Shown piece by piece: positions 49,770 through 62,240 of a stretch of DNA of 64,000 nucleotides. The notes under the pieces were generated by a model. The model saw nothing but the letters and a program-made list of their open reading frames with translations, was not told the origin of the DNA and did no database searches. This DNA is from Ranitomeya imitator (taxonomy: Eukaryota), in assembly GCF_032444005.1 (NCBI RefSeq), contig NC_091284.1, positions 94,240,001-94,304,000 on the forward strand, given 5' to 3'. The first letter of the stretch is position 1. Each line of letters begins with the position of its first letter. The position numbers and the translations under genes are program-made.

Positions 49770-49990
49770 ACCTGATTCCTTTCCGCCGCCATTTTCTTGG
49801 TCCTCCTGCTGCCGGAATCGGCGCCTGCGCAGTCCGCGCTTTCCGGCGCCATTTTCTTGAAGACGCGCCATTTTCTTGAAGACACACTGCAGTGTGTCTT
49901 CAAGAAAATGGCGCCGGAAAGCGCGGACTGCGCAGGCGCCGATTCCGGCAGCAGGAGGACGAAGAAAATGGGCGGGGCGGAAAGGAATGG
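49770..49990. repeat. CpG-rich inverted repeat centred on CTGCAG (~49890)
   Basis: GCCATTTTCTTGAAGACACACTGCAGTGTGTCTTCAAGAAAATGGC core; arms extend through GGCGCCTGCGCAGTCCGCGCTTTCCGG. Confidence 0.8.
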
Positions 49991-50719
49991 CGTAAGTAAC
50001 AAATTGCTGTGGCATGAAGTGCCACAGCATAATCAGGGCGCAAATATGTGCACGGTGTCCCCCTGCTCCCGGCGCCATTTTTTTTCCCTGACACTATAAT
50101 GTAACGCTAGGAGCGTCGCGCCTGTGCAGTCTATAAAGGCTTCGGACAAAGTGACGCTCCCAGCGTTATATTATAGATTTCCTTTGATACTGAATAAATA
50201 AGTTATTTTAGTGAGAAATAAACCATGGCCAGCACACAATATATGACAAGATCTACAGCAGCGAAGTATTTTCTAATGAAATACCCTGACCATGGCAATT
50301 CAATTAATCTCTCTCCTGGTCTAATTATATTTATGGGGAGGGATGCAGCCAGGGGAAACCTCAAAGGACTGCAGAGTCCATAATATCAGATTAGGATGAG
50401 GCAAGGCGATAGCTTTGAAGGCGATCCCTATGTGAGGGCATTTTATTCTGCGGGAAGCAGACCGGTTATTAAAAGCTCAGACTGCGAGCGGGGCGCGGGC
50501 CGATAACGAGACACTTTTAATCAGATGCTCTCGGCTGTGGTTGCGCTGGCCGCTTATAATTCATTCATTCTCACGCCGCTATGAAATTACTTGCAAATGT
50601 ATTTCATGAACATCCTTCATAATGGACAAAAGTCACACTCAATTTTCACCCCCTTCCAGTAAGGAAATAGACCTGCATGTACTATTCTAAATATAATAGT
50701 ATACACCATTGAGGACTAC

Positions 50720-51428
50720 ATCGGGCAGTCTACTGGGCCATCTATGACTAAACTGGAGAGTTGTAACCTCCTCTGGCATCATCAGCACAAAAGCTGTGCG
50801 TCAGGAACTTTATGGCATGGGCAAGCAACTTTATGTAAGCCTTATTTCACCAAGCACAATGCAAAGAGGCGGACCGAGTAGCATAAAGACGTCACCATTG
50901 CACTCTGGAACAGTGGAATCTTGTTCTGTAGGATGACAAACCGTGGCTTCTTCATCAGACATCTGATGGATGAGTTTGGGTTTGGTGAATGCCAGGAGAA
51001 CGTCAACTGTCTGACCACATTGTGAGAGCTGTAAGGTTTGCTGTAGGAGAGGTAGTCCTTTTCTGTTCCAGCTCAACTCTGCACCAGTCCATAAAGACAT
51101 GGCTGGGGGGAGTTTGGTGCGGAAGAACTTAACTGGTCACACAGAGCTCTGACCTCAACCCCATCCAATACCTTTGGGATGAACTAAAATGGAGATCACG
51201 AGCCCGGCCCTCTAACCCAACATCAGTGTCTGACCTCACAAATGCTCTTCTGGGAATTGTGTCTGTGGGAATTTTTCCCAATTTATCCAAAAGAGCGGAA
51301 ACTGCAACAGCTGCAAAGGGTCGACCTACCGCATATTAAAGTCTATGGATTTAGAATTAAATTACCTAAAAGCTTCTGTAGCTGTAATGTGTAGGAAGGA
51401 GCACAATATGTATGCCCATATGGTGTAT
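50720..51428 (+). mobile_element. Old degenerate Tc1-like transposase remnant
   Basis: Residual SPDLNPI-LW-EL-like motif (GAGCTCTGACCTCAACCCCATCC...TTTGGGATGAAC) and an HWTLEQW-like region; many indels. Confidence 0.6.
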
Positions 51429-53119
51429 TATGGAGCATTAAGAATAGAATTACAATACAAAACTCCATCACCACAAATTCCCATTAATAACACTATAATG
51501 TAGCTCCAATTAAGGTAATGACTAATGGAAATATGTACATTATCTCCTACCTGTATGTGCTTCACCAATCAGAATCAATTACTTAACCAGGTTTAATAAG
51601 CAGGTGATGTTAATTACAATAATTATAGAAGGATATACATTAACAGAATGACTAATTCAGTATAGCCAGTTCCTCTATGTAATTAGGCAAGTAAATGAGT
51701 GTAACCTAGGATGCACTCACATGTGCTGGCATTGTGGCTTCAGTACTGACACTTTTAGAAGTAACATGTAGCAGAGCTCAGAAAGCTGCCCCTGCCCACA
51801 CAAGACTCTGTATATACATTGTCTATTGACAGTGAGCTGCTTATCACAGGATGGGGCAAGGCGATCAAGTGCCCGCTAATCACCGCAATGATAATGTCCT
51901 GGTGATAAAACCTTCACAGTAAGTAAACAACAGCACACAGCCTGAGAAGTGACATAATTGAATTCAGTGCTGCCTTCAGATTACAACAACAACAACTTGC
52001 TGATAGATTGCCATTAATTACACTGCTGAAGTCAAAAAGGTTAAGGCACTTAACGGGAGAGCAGCAGAGAGGCGGCTCTATAGCTGATCTCATCAGCTGA
52101 GGGTTTATCATGTGTGTACAGCGTATTTTGTCATTTCCAAAGTATTACATGCCTGTTCCTCAGATTTCTGTAAAAATGGACGACCCCCTTAACCCATTCA
52201 CACCCGAGCCAGTTTTCATCTTCCTGATCAGGCCAATTTTTTCAATTTTGACCACTGTCACTTTATGAGGTCATAACTCGGCAATGCTTCAACGGATCCT
52301 AGCGATTTTGAGATGGTTTCTCGTGACCTTCTGTACTTCATGATAGTGGTAGAAGTTTATTCAATACAATTTAAGTTTGTGAAAATATCGGAAATTTGGC
52401 GGAAATGTCGCAATTTTCAAACTTTTCATTTTTATGCTCTTAAACCAGAGAGTTATGTCACACAAAAAGTTAATAACTAACATTTCCCACATGTCTACTT
52501 TACATCACAATTTTTTAAACTTTTTTTTTTTCGTTAGGAAGTTAAAAGTTGACCAGCAATTCCTAATTTTTCCATCAAAATTTTCAAAACCATTTTATTA
52601 TTTTTATTTTTTAGGGACCACACCACATTCTGAAGTTACTTTGTAGTTCCTATATGACAGAAAATATTCAAAAGTGACAGCATTCAAGAAGTTTATTAAC
52701 CCTTCGGGTGCTTCACAGGAACTGAAACAATGTGGAAAGGAAAAATGAACACCTTTTCACTACAATTTTAAACTTTAGACCCAATTTTGTTTTATTTTTA
52801 CAAAGGTAACAGGACAAAATGGGCCCCAAAATTTGTTGTGCGGATACACCATATATGGGGGGAAACTACTGTTTGAGCGTATGGCAAGGCTTGGAAGAGA
52901 AGGAGTGACGTTTTGGAACGCAAACTTTGATGGAATGGTCTGCCGGTGTCATGTCATACAGGAGTTGTGTAGTGTGCATCAGGTTGGCATATGGGAGTTG
53001 TGTAGAGTGCATCAGGTTGGAATACAGGACACCATGTACAGTGCATCACAATGGCATACAGGAGTTGTGTAGAGTGCATTACATTGGCATATGTGAGATG
53101 TGCAAGTCAAATATAAATT

Positions 53120-54950
53120 GAATTAGTCCAAGGATGAGTGGTAGACTCTGAAACAGTCTTACATATATAGACCTGGTTTGTCAGGGCAGGTATGACACTA
53201 ATAAATATGTCCTTTCGTATTCTCCTTCTGTAACACACTTTGCAACTTGGTGCCTGCTCCTTCATGACAGCTAAATATTAAGGCCTTGATCACTACCTAC
53301 TGGAACTGAAGGAAGGTCTTGGTCTGGTTTGCACATCGCGATAGCACGCTAGCGTTGTACATTGCGATCTGTACGATGTGCACAGCCAGCTTCTTGTACC
53401 ACACCTTGGCTTTTCTCATGGCACTGTATGGCTAGAGGGCTTGATCAGAGAGATCAACTCGCCCCCATGTTTTTGTTGTACCTTAGTACAAAGTCCGGTT
53501 TGCTGACCTGTGTAGAGGTACATCGTACAGTGAGTGGGGTGCTGCCATCACCAAGTATGGTGGTCAAGAAAAGGACATCCCTCTTGTCCTTGACCACCAG
53601 ATGTTGTCGCTGCATTGGGCTCTACTCTCAGCTTTTCTGAGCAGCTGCCCAATTAGGGTATGTTCACACGTTCAGGATTTCCATCCTTTTTTTTTCAGGA
53701 CAGTTTTTTTAAAAAACTGCAGCTCTTGGCAGAAAACGCAGGTCCTTTTTTTGTCGTTTTTTGATGCGTTTTTTGATCCTTTTTTTATGCAGTGTTCTAT
53801 GCAGAGACTGTGTGTTTCCTAGGAAGCTTTTTAGGGCTAAAATGGCTGAAAATACCCTAACCCTACCCCTAACCCTAACCCTAACCTTAGTGAAAAAAAA
53901 AAAAAAAAAAATTCTTAATTTTTTTATTGTCCCTACCAATGGGGGTGACAAAGTGGGGGGGGGTGTCATTTACTATTTTTTTATTTTGATCACTGAGATA
54001 TAACCTATCTCAGTGATCAAAATGCACTTTGGAGCGAATCTGCCGGCAGATTCGGCGGGCGCACTGCGCATGCGCCCGCCATTTTGCAAGATGGCGGCGC
54101 CCAGGGAGAAGACGGCCGGACGGACACCGGGACGCCGGGTAAGTATAAGGGGGGGAGATTAGGGCACGGGGGGGGCATCGGAGCACGGGGGGGGGCATCG
54201 GAGCACGGGGGGGCGGGATCGGAGCACGGGGGGGCAGCCACACTCCGCCCACGCACTTCCGCCCGCTCCCCCGCACTTCCTGCTGCAGCGGTTCTGCACA
54301 TCAAATCGCAGTAAAACCCGCAGATATATTTTTGATCTGCGGGTTTTACTGCGATTTTGACCTCACAATGGAGGTCTATGGGTGCAGAACCGCTGCGGTT
54401 CAGGAAAAAGAAGTGACATGCTCCTTCTTTTTTGCCGCAGCTATTCTGCGCGGCTTTTTAAACGAAATTACGGATCATGTGCACAGCAGTGACTGTTTTC
54501 CATAGGGTTACATTGTTATGTACCCTGCATGGAAAACTGCTGCGGAACCGCAGCGGCAAAACCGCTGCGGTTCCGCAGTAAAAAACGCACTGTGTGAACA
54601 TGGCCTTAGCGTCTTAGGGAGGCCTTTCAGATTTCTGTGGACCGACCGCATGCTGTGGTAGCTCACATAGAGAGGGACTTGAAGGCTGGTATAAAAGTTA
54701 TCTACATAGACGTGATAACCTTGATCCAGCAGTGGATGCACCAATTCCCACACAATTTTCCCATACACTCCCATGACATGGGATTGAATCCAGGTGTCCT
54801 TCCCTTCATAAACCCTAAACCTGTGGGTGTAAACTGAGGTACTCGCATACAGTTTGTAGAGCTAAATTCCATACCATTTTCTGTCCTGGAGTGTCTGCGT
54901 GGTGGTTCGGTATACCTTTGTGGAGGATAAAGAAAAATAAAGGCAGGTGG
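53120..54950 (-). pseudogene. piggyBac (PGBD-like) transposase pseudogene, split by a MITE
   Basis: GKIVWELVHPLLDQGYHVYVDNFYTS; RNLKGLPKT|LIGQLLRKAESRAQ (in frame across the insertion); KDKRDVLFLTT; SKPD..L.YNKNMG; C-terminal Cys-rich remnant. Confidence 0.88.
53656..54605. mobile_element. Composite PIF/Harbinger-type MITE carrying a CCCTAA/NRF1/YY1 module
   Basis: TTA TSD (53653-55, 54606-08); TIR GG(GT/CC)ATGTTCACAC; internal 53850-54250 homologous to 12527-12900. Confidence 0.85.
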
Positions 54951-55047
54951 GATCCTCTCCCTCACTATCAGTGCCTGAGGCAAGGAAGGCGTATGTACTG
55001 AGTTTTATTCAGGTGTGTGAGCGCGTGTGTTGTGTTTCGTATAAGAA

Positions 55048-55263
55048 NNNNNNNNNNNNNNNNNNNNNNNNNNNNNNNNNNNNNNNNNNNNNNNNNNNNN
55101 NNNNNNNNNNNNNNNNNNNNNNNNNNNNNNNNNNNNNNNNNNNNNNNNNNNNNNNNNNNNNNNNNNNNNNNNNNNNNNNNNNNNNNNNNNNNNNNNNNNN
55201 NNNNNNNNNNNNNNNNNNNNNNNNNNNNNNNNNNNNNNNNNNNNNNNNNNNNNNNNNNNNNNN
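55048..55263. other. Assembly gap (216 N)
   Basis: Run of N. Confidence 1.
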
Positions 55264-55274
55264 ACTGACCCTAA

Positions 55275-55615
55275 GGCTATGACTCCAAGTTCAGGATTCC
55301 CTGCACGGATAGCCCGCTCCGCCCAAAGCGCTGCCCCCTGTTGTACGCACGGTGATTCAATGAACACATTGCGGAATCACCGCATCATATTCATAGCCTG
55401 GGTTATTTATCATGCGGACACGGAGCGTCTCCACAAGATAAATAGACATGCTACCACATGTCCGGTTACGCAGGGCCGCTGGATGTGGCCCTGCATGCAT
55501 AGTGGAAATGGGATTTCATAAAATCCCCTCCACTGTAACATCTGGACGCTGTGGCTGTACGCAGCGTCCAATCCGCAGAAAATCCTGAAGGTTTCCTGAC
55601 CATGGAAAAATAGCC
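55275..55615. mobile_element. Degenerate PIF/Harbinger-type MITE
   Basis: TAA|GGCTATG...AATAGCC|TTA; internal sequence related to 33278-33664. Confidence 0.55.
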
Positions 55616-56637
55616 TTACTAGATTCGGTAAAGAAAAAAATATATATCGTAGTAGTTGCAGATTACTCCAGTATTTTTTACTGTCCCTAATCTAGTCACA
55701 TCAACTCATCTAATTTTTTTTTTTGTGTGAAAAAAAAAAAAAAAAAAAAAAAAAAAAGACTATAACTGGAGGTCGATCAGTGATGTGTCGCTGATCAGCA
55801 CTCGACAGCTGTAGATCGCACACGGATGCGATTTTTCTGCTTTGCTATCTGACACTAGCCCTGACTAAATTCAGTAAAAAAAAAATAAAAAAAAAATACT
55901 GTACTAAACAGATTACTACGCAAAAAGTTCCCAGAAAACAGCGAGCACGGGTGCCGATCAGTGATATGTGTCACTGATCAGAGCTCGGCGGCTGCAGGAC
56001 ACATGAACATAAAAAAAAAAATCTGCCAAAACTCAAGCAATCAAGTACTGTTCAAAACTCAGGGGCAGAACGGGGAGTGTAAAGGAGTAGAGGGGGATTG
56101 GGGAGGATTAGGAAATTTCAGGAAAGTCTTTTTTCTTCAACAGCCGCAGCACTAGCAGAAGTGATGGCACAGACTTGTGGCACCACAAGGCCCAGCACAG
56201 CACGACAGAACAGCTGTATGACCGCCCTGTGCACATCCGAAGCTAGAATATGGAAGTGCAATAGGTCATTCTAAGGCGAGATCGCCTCTGCACTCCGATA
56301 GGACGATGACGTCGATAGCACCAATCAGAGCTGGCCCTGGTGTCGATGCCGTTGCTAGGCTCCAGCCTATGATACGTGCTGTAAATAATCAGCAAATACA
56401 GATACATTAACCGTGTGCATAAACAACGGGGGCAGATTCAGGAACAGGAATAGGACAGTAAACGTGCCAAAACTTTGGTGCACTCTTGCATTTACGGTAT
56501 ATGTTTGAAGAAAAAAAAACGAAGTTTGCTCCTCACTGACAAGGAAGTTTGACTCAACTAAAAGCTGTAAAAAATCCATGAGTTAGGATATGCCACCATG
56601 AGAGAAGTTAAATAATGTTAAAGGAGTTTTCCTCTAT

Positions 56638-56833
56638 GGCCGGGATCACACTTACATGTGCAGCGCGAGTCTCTCACATCAATACCCGGCACTGCTGCCG
56701 CCGACAATAGGGACCGGAGCGTTCAGCTGCATAGAAATACACGTAGCCGCACACTCCGGTCCGAGTGCCGGCGGCAGTGCCGGGTATTACTGCGCGAGTT
56801 TCTCACACTGCACTCACATGTGTGACCCCGGCC
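56638..56833. mobile_element. Short MITE with 3-bp TSD (Harbinger-type)
   Basis: TAT|GGCCGGGATCACAC...GTGTGACCCCGGCC|TAT. Confidence 0.75.
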
Positions 56834-57560
56834 TATCAGTTACCGTAAGTACCGAATAACTAGCTATTCACTGGGGGTGCGACTGTCGGACACTCAGCGT
56901 TCCCAAGAATGGGGCACTTGGGTGTAGAGGAGGAGTAGAGAAGAGTCCGTGCTTCTGCACCTTCCATCTATTCAAGACAGGTCTCTACAGAGAAGCAATC
57001 GGTCCCCAGCTATCAAGATTTTTAATTTATTTTGTTTAAAACCAGGATCTCAGTTTGATATCTACTGCTACAGTATTTGCCACTGCCAGTAAACTATCCT
57101 CACTTAAAAGGAACTGTATACACCTTCCACCTGCTTGTTTTCCATCAATCTCTTCCATTCTCTGCTCTATGAAACCAGAGCTGTCAATCAGAGAGGGGTG
57201 TGGAGATAGAGTAGGTGGGAAAGTATATATACAGGTCCTTCTCAAAAAATTAGCATATAGTGTTAAATTTCATTATTTACCATAATGTAATGATTACAAT
57301 TAAACTTTCATATATTATAGATTCATTATCCACCAACTGAAATTTGTCAGGTCTTTTATTGTTTTAATACTGATGATTTTGGCATACAACTCCTGATAAC
57401 CCAAAAAACCTGTCTCAATAAATTAGCATATCAAGAAAAGGTTCTCTAAACGACCTATTACCCTAATCTTCTGAATCAACTAATTAACTCTAAACACATG
57501 CAAAAGATACCTGAGGCTTTTATAAACTCCCTGCCTGGTTCATTACTCAAAACCCCCATC

Positions 57561-59103
57561 ATGGGTAAAGGTACCGTCACACATAGCGACGCTGCAGCGA
57601 TACCGACAACGATCCGGATCGCTGCAGCGTCGCTGTTTGGTCGCTGGAGAGCTGTCACACAGACAGCTCTCCAGCGACCAACTATCCCGAGGTCCCCGGT
57701 AACCAGGGTAAACATCGGGTAACTAAGCGCAGGGCCGCGCTTAGTAACCCTATGTTTACCCTGGTTACCATCCTAAAAAGTAAAAAAACAAACGCTACAT
57801 ACTTACCTACCGCTGTCTGTCCTCGGCGCTCTGCTTCTCTGGTCTGGCTGTGAGCGCCGGGCAGACAGAAAGCAGAGCGGTGACGTCACCGCTCTGCTTT
57901 CCGGCTGACCGACGCTCACAGCCAGAGCAGGAGGAGAGCAGAGCACAGCGCTGGAGGACAGACGGCTGTAGGTAAGTATGTAGTGTTTGTTTTTTTACTT
58001 TTAGGATGGTAACCAGGGTAAACATCGGGTTACTAAGCGCGGCCCTGCGAGGACGCTGCAACGTCACGGATCGCTAGCGATATCGTCTAGTGTGACAGTA
58101 CCTTAAGACTAGCGACCTGACAGATGTCAAGAAGGCCATCTTTGACACCCTCAAGCAAGAGGGTAAGACCCAGAAAGAAATTTCTCAACAAATAGGCTGT
58201 TCCCAGAGTGCTGTATCAAGGCACCTCAATGGTAAGTCTGTTGGAAGGAAACAATGTGGCAGAAAACGCTGTACAACGAGAAGAGGAGACCGGACCCTGA
58301 GGAAGATTGTGGAGAAGGACCGATTCCAGACCTTGGGGAACCTGAGGAAGCAGTGGACTGAGTCTGGTGTGGAAACATCCAGAGCCACCGTGCACAGGCG
58401 TGTGCAGGAAATGGGCTACAGGTGCCGCATTCCCCAGGTAAAGCCACTTTTGAACCATAAACAGCGGCAGAGGCGCCTGACCTGGGCTACAGAGAAGCAG
58501 CACTGGACTGTTGCTAAGTGGTCCCAAGTACTTTTTTCTGATGAAAGCAAATTTTGCATGTCATTCGGAAATCAAGGTGCCAGAGTCTGGAGGAAGACTG
58601 GGGAGAAGGAAATGCCAAAATGCCTGAAGTCCAGTGTCAAGTACCCACAGTCAGTGATGGTGTGGGGTGCCATGTCAGCTGCTGGTGTTGGTCCACTGTG
58701 TTTCATCAAGGGCAGGGTCAATGCAGCTAGCTATCAGGAGATTTTGGAGCACTTCATGCTTCCATCGGCTGAAATGCTTTATCGAGATGAAGATTTCATT
58801 TTTCAGCACGACCTGGCACCTGCTCACAGTGCCAAAACCACTGGTAAATGGTTTACTGACCATGGTATTACTGTGCTCAATTGGCCTGCCAACTCTCCTG
58901 ACCTGAACCCCATAGAGAATCTGTGGGATATTGTGAAGAGAAAGTTGAGAGACGCAAGACCCAACACTCTGGATGAGCTTAAGGCCGCTATTGAAGCATC
59001 CTGGGCCTCCATAACATCTCAGCAGTGTCACAGGCTGATTGCCTCCATGCCACGCCGCATTGAAGCAGTCATTTCTGCCAAAGGATTCCCGACCAAGTAT
59101 TGA
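57561..59103 (+). pseudogene. Tc1 transposase, 334 aa and stop-free once the MITE at codon 3 is removed
   Basis: ATG GGT AA|G ACT... gives MGKTSDLTDVKKAI...GRKR...FSDESKF...FQHDLAPAH...SPDLNPIENLW (DD34E)...KGFPTKY*. Confidence 0.95.
57569..58103. mobile_element. PIF/Harbinger-type MITE (GGTACC family)
   Basis: TAA TSD (57566-68, 58104-06); TIR AGGTAC(C/T)GTCACAC. Confidence 0.92.
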
Positions 59104-59887
59104 GTGCATAACTGAACATTATTATTTGATGGTTTTTTTGTTTGTTATTAAAAAACACTTTTATTTGATTGGATGGGTGAAATATGCTAATTTATTGAGA
59201 CAGGTTTTTTGGGTTATCAGGAGTTGTATGCCAAAATCATCAGTATTAAAACAATAAAAGACCTGACAAATTTCAGTTGGTGGATAATGAATCTATAATA
59301 TATGAAAGTTTAATTGTAATCATTACATTATGGTAAATAATGAAATTTAACACTATATGCTAATTTTTTGAGAAGGACCTGTACATGATTGGCCCCGCCA
59401 TGAAGCACAGAGCTGCAGGACACAGTTATTCTGGGCTTACAGCCCCTTTATGGGACGAGTCAGGTGGCCATATGACTTGGACGATCATCGCAATGCTCGG
59501 ACTGGCAGTATGCTCTCCCGACCAGAGCGTGTTGAGTGCATAGAAATATATGTCACACTCCGGTCGGGAGACCCGATGGCCAGTCCGATCATTGCATTGT
59601 GATCCTCATCCATGTTATACGGCCGTCTGACTCTTCTCTAAAGGGTTTTTTTAATCTTTAAATTTTCAGGAGTGCATCCAGCCCCCCCATTTGCCAGAGG
59701 GGGGGCGGGGTGCAAATTTGGGACCAACAGCACGCCTTATACTGTGGCCCAAGCTGTGCGATCTCTGATGTTACAAGCAGGAGCCGCATGGTTTCTGCAG
59801 CATCAGAGAAGTACAAGGGCTCTGAAAATGTCCTGATCAGTAAGGATTCAGAGCAGCGTATGCAAGTTGTATAGAGAACGCACACCT

Positions 59888-60080
59888 TATAATAATAACA
59901 ATTTTATTTATACAGCGCCAACATATTCCGCAGCGCTTTACAAATTATAGAGGGGACTTGTACAGACAATAGACATTACAGCATAACAGAAATACAGTTC
60001 AAAATAGATACCAGGAGGAATGAGGGCCCTGCTCGCAAGCTTACAATCTATGAGGAAAAGGGGAGACACGAGAGGTGGAT
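59888..60080 (-). mobile_element. L2 3'-end fragment
   Basis: Near-identical to 24795-24992, including the (TAA)n-type tail. Confidence 0.85.
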
Positions 60081-61440
60081 ACCTTATCTATCTATATATA
60101 TATATTTATTTATTTTTTTTCTCCACCTCAGGTGGGGCTAGTAACCTTGGCATCAAGCCTTAAAACTATGTGATTAAAACTACTGTACCTCAATTCTTGA
60201 GAACAGATTTTTTTTTACAAGTGTAAGATTCCAAAGTTGCTTCCTTTTACAAGAACTTTTTCACTTTTACCCATTGATAAAGAGGAGTCTACCACTTTAA
60301 TTTTTTTCCCTCTGCTTTTGTAAATTAGAAAAGTCTATTATTACAGCTGGGTCTTTTTTACGTGGATGTAAAAGAGCTGTTTGTTTTCTTTTCTAATAAT
60401 TGTGCAATATTTCCAAAGCTACGGACTACGTAATGATGCTGAAGCAGAGAATGAACAAAACAGTGCAGATCTGAATAAAATTAATAAGGACTTGATGTTT
60501 TTATCCTGGAAGGACCGTCTCATCTGATGCCCGGAATTCAGGCAGCCTAATTGAGAAGAGGGGAGATAAAAGAAAAAAAATTTGACGGCATGTGCTCTCA
60601 CATGCTTCCATCATAAGACCCACATGCACAGCCGGGAGGCAGCCGAGAAGGAAGGATAGCACAAATAGTTTCTGAAGAGAAGCAAAAGAAATCTGAGGAC
60701 AAACATCCAGCGATCAGCACAGAACTGACGGTGGGGACCGTGCGCAGCGCTGGGAAGGTTATGCTACGCCTGGCACAGCTACACCTCTATGCAGCAAAAT
60801 AGTGGCATTTTGCGTTGGAAATTTGTGTTCAGATCCAATTTTTTTTTTTTTTTGTTCCTCCCCTTCCTTCCCCCCAAGTGTTTTCTGGTAAAATCGGAGG
60901 CACTTTATAGATCCAGATATAGTAAGTTAGTGACGGATTAGACATCTGTGCAATACCAGTTTGTGAAGTCCCAACTGAATTCAATGGGGAAAATACTTGT
61001 AAAAAAAATGCCACGAACACAACTGTGGTTAAGTGGATAACAGTCGAAAATATATAATTGCGCAAAAAAAAAAAGCATTGATTTTAAGGGGTCTATTTTA
61101 CCATATAAGACAACAGGTCATACGGCAGAGGGAAGGATATTATCCCATCACATACATGACACTGCAATTTAATGGCAAGAAGGTTCATATTTCCAAATTT
61201 GTTAATTTTTTTTTCTTTAACAAAAGCCTGATCAGTCGATTAATCATGCCCAAACCCCGAGCAGCAGCAGCAATCAGGGCCTTCTGCACGATTACACGCC
61301 GGAGCATATACTTTGAAGATCCAGCCGTAAACCAGAGACAAGACCTGGGCTGCCAACTGTCCACAAATTCCAGGACAATCCGAAAAATAGGACATTATTT
61401 TGCCCTGTTCGTTTAAAAAAAGAAAAAATAAAATATTAAA

Positions 61441-62073
61441 AGGGAACCTGTCACCCTCAAAATAGAAAGTGAGCTAAGCCCACCAGCATCAGGGGCTTAT
61501 CTACAGTATTCTGTAATGCTGTAGATAAGCCGCCGATGTATCCTGAAACATGAGAAAAAGAGGTTAGATTATACTGACCCAGGAGCGGTCCCAGTCCAGT
61601 TCTGGTCCGAAGGGCGTCGCAGTCCGGGGCTTCCTATCTTCTTACGATGACATCCTCTTCTCGTCTTCACGCCGCGGCTCCGGCACAGGAGTACTTTGTC
61701 TTCCCTGTTGTGGGCAGAGCAAAGTACTGCAGTGTGCAGGCGCCGGGAAAGGTGAGAGAGGCCCAGCGCCTGCGCACTGCGGTACTTTGCTCTGCCCTCA
61801 ACAGGGAAGACAAAGTACACCTGTGCCGGAGCCTCAGCATGAAGACAAGAAGAGGACGTCATCGTAAGAAGATAGGAGGCCCCGGACCGGACCGCGACGC
61901 CCATCGGATCAGAACTGGACTGGGACCGCCCCTGGGTGAGTATAGTCTAACCTCTTTTTCTCATCTTTCAGGATACATCGGGGGCTTATCTACAGCATTA
62001 CAGAATGCTGTAGATAAGCCCCTAATGCCGATGGGCTTAGTTCATCTTCGATTTTGAGGGTGACAGGTTCCCT
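61441..62073. mobile_element. Kolobok/T2-type palindromic MITE
   Basis: TTAA(A)|AGGGAACCTGTCACCCTCAAAAT...ATTTTGAGGGTGACAGGTTCCCT|TTAA. Confidence 0.88.
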
Positions 62074-62240
62074 TTAAGGCGTCCATGATATTTTTAAAAT
62101 TATTTAACCATCTATGAATTTTTGATAAGCTGTCCAGAAAAAAAAAGTCAAGTCGGCAATCCCGGACAAGACCAACCTGATTAATCCCTGCACCACTCCG
62201 GGTAATTGACAGGTCTCTCCATATCACACTCATACACGAG

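Larger units (their letters stand above)
52193..56050 (-). mobile_element. piggyBac element with transposase pseudogene (one end visible)
   Basis: TTAA|CCC at 52189-95; subterminal sequence homologous to 9597-10200; spans an N gap; far boundary approximate. Confidence 0.72.
57232..59381 (+). mobile_element. Young Tc1-like DD34E transposon with long IR/DR TIRs
   Basis: TA|CAGGTCCTTCTCAAAAAATTAGCATA...TATGCTAATTTTTTGAGAAGGACCTG|TA; 1612 bp after removing the nested MITE and one TSD. Confidence 0.96.

Noticed and set aside
60419-60590. Strong minus-strand polypyrimidine acceptor at ~60548
   Set aside because: Downstream frames end in stops, no donor was found and the peptides are not recognisable
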